Shown here: positions 1 to 5,692 of the stretch, one piece after another
Position numbering within the stretch: position 1 is the first letter of the stretch
Layout: each line of letters opens with the position of its first letter
Virus record (IMG/VR): IMGVR_UViG_3300045988_031658
Location: 1 to 13,580 of that record
Reading direction: 5' to 3' (one strand)
Source: a virus
Length of the DNA stretch: 13,580 bases
The notes under the pieces: model-generated
Database searches by the model: none
What the model was told of the DNA's origin: nothing
Seen by the model: only the letters and a program-made list of their open reading frames with translations
Made by a program: the position numbers and the translations under genes

Positions 1-47
1 CTACACAGAGTAGATCGTCGGCAGCGTCAGATGTGTATAAGAGACAG
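1..47. other. Illumina Nextera i5 adapter remnant (sequencing artefact, not phage DNA)
   Basis: The sequence reads CTACAC + AGAGTAGA (8-nt i5 index) + TCGTCGGCAGCGTC + AGATGTGTATAAGAGACAG (Tn5 mosaic end). It is the exact reverse complement of 13534..13580. Confidence 0.97.
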
Positions 48-128
48 ACCTAATACAATTTAGACACAATTCAAACAATTCACCCCTTTTCCCCCCCTTT
101 GCGTCAACAAGTCTGACAACTTGAATAG
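48..128. repeat. Left inverted terminal repeat (81 bp)
   Basis: I checked block by block that 48..128 is the perfect reverse complement of 13453..13533 (81/81). Identity stops at 129 versus 13452. ITRs are expected for a protein-primed linear genome. Confidence 0.85.
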
Positions 129-138
129 TAGAAAGTTG

Positions 139-167
139 TTGACATTTCTGGAAGTATGTGGTAAGAT
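139..167 (+). promoter_or_regulatory. Early promoter P1
   Basis: The -35 TTGACA is at 139-144, followed by a 17-nt spacer and the -10 TAAGAT at 162-167. The -10 is preceded by TGg (extended -10). P1 lies about 40 nt upstream of the first gene. Confidence 0.7.
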
Positions 168-208
168 AAGAGTGTAGTAAAGATAACATATCAAATGGAG
201 GTAAGAAT

Positions 209-592
209 ATGGCAAGCAAACAGTACATGTTAATCGAAAAGATGGAAAGAGAAGCGTGGGTAAGGTTACGCAAAGCAACCGAAATGTATGAAGCAGATGA
301 TAAGAAATTAACACAGGCAAGAGCTAAATGGTCAATCTTATCAGAAGCTCTTGATAATCTGGAAGCTATTGAAGATTCAGAAGCTATTGAAGGTCCTACA
401 TCAATTAAAGCTGAAATTATAAATCAGGTAATGGAACAGAGAATTTCCGAAGCATATGAAAAAATTGCATACATGACGGCGGCATGTGGAAAAGACAATG
501 TTCAAACATTATGCGCAAGGCGCGAATGGTATGGGATGAAGAAACTTGAAGAAGCAATCAGAACTAAGGAGGTAGAGATATTACATGCGTAA
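209..592 (+). CDS. Hypothetical early protein (127 aa)
   Basis: The ORF has a GGAGG RBS at 197-201, 7 nt before the ATG. It is the first gene after P1. It contains an internal EAIEDSEAIEG duplication. I recognise no family. Confidence 0.75.
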   Translation: MASKQYMLIEKMEREAWVRLRKATEMYEADDKKLTQARAKWSILSEALDNLEAIEDSEAIEGPTSIKAEIINQVMEQRISEAYEKIAYMTAACGKDNVQTLCARREWYGMKKLEEAIRTKEVEILHA

Positions 593-731
593 AGTTTGGT
601 ACAAAGTAGGGTATAAATTTAAAGAACATTGGCATTATATAAGAGTAGAGGAATCCGAATTAACACAGGTAATATTAGAATTATTAGCATATTCACCAAA
701 AATATCAATCACCCATAAGGAGGAAAAGTAA
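585..731 (+). CDS. Hypothetical small early protein (48 aa; not in the supplied ORF track)
   Basis: Hand translation gives MRKVWYKVGYKFKEHWHYIRVEESELTQVILELLAYSPKISITHKEEK. GGAGG at 568-572 lies 12 nt upstream of the ATG. The ORF overlaps the previous stop by 8 nt, and its stop overlaps the next ATG (TAATG). Confidence 0.5.
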   Translation: MRKVWYKVGYKFKEHWHYIRVEESELTQVILELLAYSPKISITHKEEK

Positions 732-901
732 TGACAAAGAAGGAACTGAAAGAAATCGAAACACTGGAAAGAAGAGCGGCAGAAAAGCTTGAAGAAAGCG
801 AAAAAGTATTCGGAAAAATGAATACAGTAACAATCAGTGATAGAGCATATTGGGCGGGAATAAGAGCCGTATTAGAAACATTAAAGGAGGAACAGTCATG
901 A
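731..901 (+). CDS. Hypothetical small acidic early protein (56 aa; not in ORF track)
   Basis: Hand translation gives MTKKELKEIETLERRAAEKLEESEKVFGKMNTVTISDRAYWAGIRAVLETLKEEQS. AAGGAGGA lies upstream. There is an ATGA overlap with the next ORF. Confidence 0.55.
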   Translation: MTKKELKEIETLERRAAEKLEESEKVFGKMNTVTISDRAYWAGIRAVLETLKEEQS

Positions 902-1008
902 TTTTATCAGTAACAACTAACACAGTTTTGACAGTAATCGTAATCGGATTTCTTGTAGGAATACTCATCGGATATGCGCTCGGGAGGACATCAAGATGCG
1001 AAAAGTAG
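898..1008 (+). CDS. Small single-pass membrane peptide (36 aa; not in ORF track)
   Basis: Hand translation gives MILSVTTNTVLTVIVIGFLVGILIGYALGRTSRCEK. This has one hydrophobic helix followed by a basic tail. AAGGAGGAA lies upstream, and the start is coupled to the preceding stop through ATGA. Confidence 0.5.
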   Translation: MILSVTTNTVLTVIVIGFLVGILIGYALGRTSRCEK

Positions 1009-1157
1009 TAACACGCTCCATATCATTTAACAAAGACACGCTAGCATATATTGATGCGCTGGCAGAAGAGAAGGAAATCAACAGGTCGAAAGCCATAGAC
1101 CTTATAGTAAAAGAGAGGATGGAAAACCATGAGACTAAGCCAGTTACACATTCTTAA
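996..1157 (+). CDS. Ribbon-helix-helix (CopG/Arc-like) DNA-binding protein (53 aa; not in ORF track)
   Basis: Hand translation gives MRKVVTRSISFNKDTLAYIDALAEEKEINRSKAIDLIVKERMENHETKPVTHS. This fits a beta strand (VTRSISF) followed by two short helices, the classic RHH layout. GGAGG at 983-987 lies 8 nt before the ATG. Confidence 0.55.
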   Translation: MRKVVTRSISFNKDTLAYIDALAEEKEINRSKAIDLIVKERMENHETKPVTHS

Positions 1158-1398
1158 AGAGAAAGAAAGAGCCATCAATGATTCAAAGAACTTCATACAG
1201 TTTTTATTATGCAAACGCGACGACGATTTATCCAACGATGAACAGATTGTTCTCGGTGAAATCTATGACAACCTAGAGATGGCAGGATATACGCTAAGCA
1301 TTCTAATTGAGAAGGGAGTGAAGGAAAATGGCGAAGCAAAAGCAAGCGAAGCTGGAATGGGACTTGATGTCATACATGCCAGCCTTTTCAACCGCTAA
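1129..1398 (+). CDS. Hypothetical early protein (89 aa)
   Basis: The ORF has a GAGAGGA RBS about 10 nt upstream. Its 3' end overlaps the next gene by 71 nt, which is unusually long, so its extent and even its reality are uncertain. Confidence 0.45.
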   Translation: MRLSQLHILKEKERAINDSKNFIQFLLCKRDDDLSNDEQIVLGEIYDNLEMAGYTLSILIEKGVKENGEAKASEAGMGLDVIHASLFNR

Positions 1399-1933
1399 AC
1401 CGGAATCAGAGTTAAGAAAAGAATATTCAAGACTTAGAAAAATCGCTCAGAAAAGACTCGCCCGGTTCGTTGGAACCGAGTGGGAAAAGAGCGAAGTGTT
1501 CAAAAGAAATTATGGTAAATATCCAGTTCTGACCGATATCAAATCGCCAACCCAACTTCGTTACGAACTTGCCGCTCTGGCGCGATTTATAAATGCGGAA
1601 ACATCCTCTGTATCTGGTCTTAAACGACAGAGAGCAAAGACAATAGAAACACTTAAAGATAAAGGTTACAACTTCGTAAACAGAAAGAATTTTTTCAAAT
1701 TTACGGATTTCATGGATTCATTCAGAAATATGCAACTCAACAGAATTTATGACAGCGAAGCGGCATTAGCAGTATTCGAAGCTGGGGAACGGTTTAAGAT
1801 TCCAGAAGAAGAGCTTAAGAGCAAATTTGAAGAGTATCTATCCAAAGCAGATGAGATAGAAAATATGGAAATTCCTAGAAACCCAAAAGCGCGAAACTCG
1901 GAATATATCAGGAGAAAATTGGGGATTAAATGA
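1328..1933 (+). CDS. Candidate terminal protein (protein primer) for DNA replication (201 aa)
   Basis: It lies immediately upstream of the protein-primed PolB and is translationally coupled to it (ATGA at 1930-1933), as gene 3 is to gene 2 in phi29. It has a basic helical N-terminus (KEYSRLRKIAQKRLARF) reminiscent of the phi29 TP N-terminus (AEYARLVKNTKAKIARTKKKYG, recalled from memory). The RBS is AAGGGAG. Confidence 0.5.
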   Translation: MAKQKQAKLEWDLMSYMPAFSTAKPESELRKEYSRLRKIAQKRLARFVGTEWEKSEVFKRNYGKYPVLTDIKSPTQLRYELAALARFINAETSSVSGLKRQRAKTIETLKDKGYNFVNRKNFFKFTDFMDSFRNMQLNRIYDSEAALAVFEAGERFKIPEEELKSKFEEYLSKADEIENMEIPRNPKARNSEYIRRKLGIK

Positions 1934-3909
1934 TAGTAAATTGCGAAGAGTTTGACTTTGATTGGTATGAGTCAATACAACGGGAAAAACGTAAAAGAGG
2001 TAATCAGGGAGGAAGCTCCAAAAAAGATTACAAATCTATAATAACAGCCTTTGATATTGAGACATCTAGAATCAAAGCAATCGAGCAATCTATTATGTAC
2101 ATCTGGCAATGGCAGTTTGACGAGGAATACACGGTTATAGGGCGCACATGGGAACAGTTTAACGATTTCGTTCAGAAGCTTAAAGACCGAATGAAACCGA
2201 GAGAAAACCTTGTCGTATATGTTCACAATCTATCCTATGAATTTCAATTTCTTAGGGGCATATACAATTTCACGTCTGATGAAGTTTTTGCACTAAAGAA
2301 GCGTAAAGTCTTGAAATGTACCATGCATGGATTCCTAGAGTTCCGATGTAGTTACATTCATAGCAATATGTCACTTGCGGAATATACGCGCAAGATGGAG
2401 GTGAAGCACCAAAAACTGGACGGGGAAGACTTTGATTACAACGAAGAACGCTACCCATGGACAGTTTTAACAGATAGACAGTTAGACTATTGTGTAAACG
2501 ACGTTTTAGGTCTGGTTGAAGCAATCAAAAAGGAAATGCAAATTGACGGCGACAACCTATATACAATCCCTCTCACATCGACAGGATATGTTCGTCGCGA
2601 TGCGAAACAGGCAATGCGATTAGTCCGCTATGGATATGTATCCAGTATGCTTCCAGACCTTGAAACATACAAGGCACTTAGAGAAGCTTTCAGAGGTGGA
2701 AACACACACGCAAACCGTTTCTACTCCGATATGAAACTGGAAAACGTTCATTCCTTCGACCGTTCAAGCAGTTACCCCGATGTAATATGCAATTGTGAAT
2801 ACCCTATCAGCGCATTTTATCACGCCGGAGCATGCACAGCAGAACAGCTTCTAGACCTGATAAACAGGCGACACAAAGCAGTTCTGATGCGAATAGGAAT
2901 CGTCAATCCTAAACTAAAAGTTGGACAAGGCTGTCCCTACATAAGCAAGGATAAAAGCCGTATGATAAAGAACGGATTATACGACAATGGACGTGTCCTA
3001 GAAGCGGAGTATTTAGAGACAACAATAACAGATATAGACCTAAAAATAATCATGATAGAATATGATTTCGATGACCTGATTCCGCTGGACGTATACCATG
3101 CAAGATACGGCAAACTCCCGAAACCCTTCATCGACCTGAACATATCATATTACAGAAGCAAGACAAGGCTTAAAGACGTTGAGGGAGAAGAGATATTCTA
3201 CATGAAGTCAAAGAACAAGCTTAACGCAATATACGGCATGACAGCACAGGACCCTGTACGACAGGAGATAGAATTCATGGCTACACAGGGATTCACAGAG
3301 CGAACAGATGACATAGGAGAGCTACTATCGAGTTCAAACAAGAGAGCCTTCCTACCCTACCAATGGGGAGTCTGGACAACAGCACATGCCAGATGGAGAC
3401 TTGAAGAAGGCATCCAGATAGCAGGAGAAGGATTCGTCTATTGTGACACGGACAGCGTAAAATATATCGGACAAGCTGACTGGACAGCTTACAACGAGCT
3501 TCGCATTGCAGACAGCTTAGAGTCTGGCGCATACGCAGAAGACCCACACGGTAACGTTCACTACATGGGCGTATACGAATCAGAAGGCACCTATGACTAC
3601 TTTAAAACACTAGGGGCAAAGAAATATGCCTATGTAAAGAACGGACGCTTGACGGTCACAATCGCAGGAGTAAACAAGAAAAAAGGTTCCATCGAACTGG
3701 GAACCATAGATAAGTTCAAAGAGGGATTCATCTTCTCAGACGCAGGAGGAACCGAGTCTGTCTACAACGACGAGCCAGAAATAGCTTCCTATGAGATTGA
3801 CGGAAAGATAATTGCCATCACATCTAATGTGGTATTGAAAGATTCAACCTACACGTTGGGAGTAACAGCCGATTATCGACGACTTTTGGACGAGTCAAGA
3901 ATAGCATAA
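1930..3909 (+). CDS. Protein-primed family-B DNA polymerase (phi29 gp2-like, 659 aa)
   Basis: The motifs occur in the canonical order: Exo I AFDIETS, Exo II HNLSYEFQF, Exo III YCVNDV, motif A FDRSSSYP (DxxSxYP), motif B KLNAIYG, motif C YCDTDS and KxY (GAKKYAY). Confidence 0.93.
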   Translation: MIVNCEEFDFDWYESIQREKRKRGNQGGSSKKDYKSIITAFDIETSRIKAIEQSIMYIWQWQFDEEYTVIGRTWEQFNDFVQKLKDRMKPRENLVVYVHNLSYEFQFLRGIYNFTSDEVFALKKRKVLKCTMHGFLEFRCSYIHSNMSLAEYTRKMEVKHQKLDGEDFDYNEERYPWTVLTDRQLDYCVNDVLGLVEAIKKEMQIDGDNLYTIPLTSTGYVRRDAKQAMRLVRYGYVSSMLPDLETYKALREAFRGGNTHANRFYSDMKLENVHSFDRSSSYPDVICNCEYPISAFYHAGACTAEQLLDLINRRHKAVLMRIGIVNPKLKVGQGCPYISKDKSRMIKNGLYDNGRVLEAEYLETTITDIDLKIIMIEYDFDDLIPLDVYHARYGKLPKPFIDLNISYYRSKTRLKDVEGEEIFYMKSKNKLNAIYGMTAQDPVRQEIEFMATQGFTERTDDIGELLSSSNKRAFLPYQWGVWTTAHARWRLEEGIQIAGEGFVYCDTDSVKYIGQADWTAYNELRIADSLESGAYAEDPHGNVHYMGVYESEGTYDYFKTLGAKKYAYVKNGRLTVTIAGVNKKKGSIELGTIDKFKEGFIFSDAGGTESVYNDEPEIASYEIDGKIIAITSNVVLKDSTYTLGVTADYRRLLDESRIA

Positions 3910-3925
3910 AATTTAAATAAAGTGC

Positions 3926-3954
3926 TTGACAAAATACATATAATCATTTATAAT
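3926..3954 (+). promoter_or_regulatory. Promoter P2 (upstream of ssb)
   Basis: The -35 TTGACA is at 3926-3931, followed by a 17-nt spacer and a consensus -10 TATAAT at 3949-3954. It lies in an AT-rich intergenic region. It shares the 12-mer GCTTGACAAAAT with P3. Confidence 0.75.
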
Positions 3955-4000
3955 AATAGTGTACTGGTAATATAATTGATGCAAAGAAAGAGAGGGCAAA

Positions 4001-4369
4001 ATGAACAGAGCAATTATTGTAGGAAGGTTAACACGCGACCCGGAAATCAGATATAGTGCAGGTAGTGAACCAATGGCAGTTGCCAATTTCACACTGGCTG
4101 TTCCACGATGGAACGATGAAGAAGCAGATTTCATTCGCTGTGTAGCATTCGGAAAAAAAGGAGAGTTTGCCGAAAACTACCTGTTCAAGGGAACAAAAGT
4201 TATCCTGGAGGGGCATATCGTAACAGGCAAGTATGAACACAAAGACGGATACACCGTATACACAACAGACGTTGTAGCAGACTCCATTGAGTTTGCAGAA
4301 AGCAAGAAAGACGAAGATTCAGAAACAAGTAAACCAGCAACCAAAAAACCATATCAGAAAAGGAGATAA
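4001..4369 (+). CDS. ssb: Single-stranded DNA-binding protein, bacterial OB-fold type (122 aa)
   Basis: The N-terminus MNRAIIVGRLTRDPEIRY...ANFTLAV...DFIRCVAFGK..AE....KG..V.EG matches the canonical SSB OB-fold signature. The C-terminus is basic (KKPYQKRR) rather than the acidic D-D-D-I-P-F-type tip. Confidence 0.88.
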   Translation: MNRAIIVGRLTRDPEIRYSAGSEPMAVANFTLAVPRWNDEEADFIRCVAFGKKGEFAENYLFKGTKVILEGHIVTGKYEHKDGYTVYTTDVVADSIEFAESKKDEDSETSKPATKKPYQKRR

Positions 4370-4374
4370 TCATT

Positions 4375-4554
4375 ATGACAAAGAAAGAACAGGCAGTATT
4401 TGACAAGGTACAGAACAAATTAAATCAGGCAGTTGTAGAAAAAATGCTTGCAGGAGAAACAGTTGACGAGAAGTTAAAAGGAGCAGCAGAAATCATTAAT
4501 GCACTCTCAGCAGAACTTGAAGCGGCAAGAGCGGACAAGCAGGAAGAAGCATAA
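4375..4554 (+). CDS. Hypothetical small helical protein (59 aa; not in ORF track)
   Basis: Hand translation gives MTKKEQAVFDKVQNKLNQAVVEKMLAGETVDEKLKGAAEIINALSAELEAARADKQEEA. AGGAGA lies 8 nt upstream of the ATG. A terminator follows directly. Confidence 0.55.
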   Translation: MTKKEQAVFDKVQNKLNQAVVEKMLAGETVDEKLKGAAEIINALSAELEAARADKQEEA

Positions 4555-4562
4555 TAAAGATT

Positions 4563-4588
4563 AAGAGCCGCAAGGCTCTTTTTCTTTT
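4563..4588 (+). terminator. Rho-independent terminator
   Basis: A 7-bp stem AAGAGCC/GGCTCTT encloses a GCAA (GNRA) loop and is followed by TTTCTTTT. Confidence 0.75.
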
Positions 4589-4605
4589 ATAGAAAAGGAG
4601 GAAAC

Positions 4606-5637
4606 ATGAATCTATATCTTGACAACGGATATGTAAATATAAGAGGAATTATTGAGCTAGGATTGCCATTCAATTTTATTGTCGGAGGACGAGGAACAGG
4701 AAAAACATATGGCGCGTTACAGGTTATGGAAGAGGATAGATATAAGTTCGTGTTCATGCGTCGAACACAGGCGCAAGCCGATATGATTAGCACTCCTGAG
4801 TATAACCCATACAAGAAATTAAACTTCGATAAAGGATGGAATATTGGATGCGCAAAGATAAATAAAATGACCAGCGGATTCTATGAGATGCAGAACATCA
4901 ATGGAAAAATGAAGCCAGAAGGAGAACCAAAAGCAATCATTCTAGCCTTGTCAACCATCGCAAACATGAGAGGTTTTGATGCGAGCGATTACGAAATTCT
5001 TCTATATGATGAGTTTATTCCAGAGAGTCACGAACGCCCCATAAAAGAAGAAGGAAAAGCGTTTAAGAACGCCTATGAAACAATTAACAGAAACAGAGAA
5101 TTAGAAGGCCATAAACCCGTTCAATGTATTTGTTTAGCAAACTCAAACACGATGACAAACGCCCTGTTTCTTGAATTAGGATTGGTCAAGAAAGCAGAAG
5201 AAATGCGAAGACGAGAACAAGAATATTCCATCATGAGAGAACGCGGCATAGGACTCTTTGTTTTGCGCGAAAGTGACATATCTGAAAAGAAAGCTGACAC
5301 GGCTTTATACAAGCTGGGAGGAAGCGACGAGTTCAACCGAATGGCATTATCGAACGAATTTGTAACAGACGAAATCGGAAGAATAAAAAGCAGGAATTTA
5401 GTCGAATATCGCGCCGTTGTAACAATAGGAGAGATAACCATTTACAAGCACAAAAGCAAACCACTTTTGTATGTCTCCACACACCTTTCGGGAACGTGTC
5501 CACAATTCGGTTCTGGCGACATAGACAGGTCAAGATTCAAGAAAAAATTCTTCTGGTTATGGTCTTCATACATGAAGAATAATATCGAATTTGAAGAATA
5601 TTTATGTGAAATTCTGTTTAACAAATATTTTGAATAA
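4606..5637 (+). CDS. DNA encapsidation (packaging) ATPase, phi29 gp16-like (343 aa)
   Basis: The blocks NFIVGGRGTGKTYG (Walker A), FVFMRRT, LLYDEFIPE (Walker B) and NRNRE...VQCICLANS are colinear with phi29 gp16 NFVIGARGIGKSYA / FIYVRRY / IVFDEFI / FRNRERVRCICLSNA (recalled from memory). The RBS is AAGGAGG. Confidence 0.88.
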   Translation: MNLYLDNGYVNIRGIIELGLPFNFIVGGRGTGKTYGALQVMEEDRYKFVFMRRTQAQADMISTPEYNPYKKLNFDKGWNIGCAKINKMTSGFYEMQNINGKMKPEGEPKAIILALSTIANMRGFDASDYEILLYDEFIPESHERPIKEEGKAFKNAYETINRNRELEGHKPVQCICLANSNTMTNALFLELGLVKKAEEMRRREQEYSIMRERGIGLFVLRESDISEKKADTALYKLGGSDEFNRMALSNEFVTDEIGRIKSRNLVEYRAVVTIGEITIYKHKSKPLLYVSTHLSGTCPQFGSGDIDRSRFKKKFFWLWSSYMKNNIEFEEYLCEILFNKYFE

Positions 5638-5657
5638 AATTTTTCTGAAAATAAAGC

Positions 5658-5686
5658 TTGACAAAATTTTCCAAAAGTGGTATATT
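5658..5686 (+). promoter_or_regulatory. Late promoter P3
   Basis: The -35 TTGACA is at 5658-5663, followed by a 17-nt spacer and the -10 TATATT at 5681-5686, preceded by TGg (extended -10). The architecture matches P1. The predicted +1 is around G5693. Confidence 0.75.
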
Positions 5687-5692
5687 TATATA

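Noticed and set aside
1-320. Track ORFs 1..273(-) and 60..320(-), plus 13398..13580(+) at the other end
   Set aside because: They run through adapter sequence and the ITR, have no RBS, and the two end ORFs share identical C-terminal residues only because of the inverted repeat plus adapter. They are artefacts.
361-391. The 13-nt direct repeat GAAGCTATTGAAG (361-373 and 379-391) as a regulatory site
   Set aside because: It lies in frame within the first CDS and simply encodes the duplicated peptide EAIED/EAIEG. There is no evidence of a DNA-level function.
1129-1933. A programmed frameshift joining the 89-aa ORF to the candidate terminal protein
   Set aside because: It would require a +1 shift, and I found no slippery site in 1328-1398. 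The downstream gene has its own good RBS (AAGGGAG) and ATG. It is treated as a simple, if long, overlap or an over-called upstream ORF.
4400-4428. TTGACA at 4400-4405 (and other TTGACA hexamers at 928, 4619, 5727, 7167, 11523, 11682, 12623) as additional promoters
   Set aside because: None has an acceptable -10 hexamer at 16-18 nt spacing. The best candidates are TAAATC at 15 nt and TACACA at 17 nt. All lie inside coding sequence.
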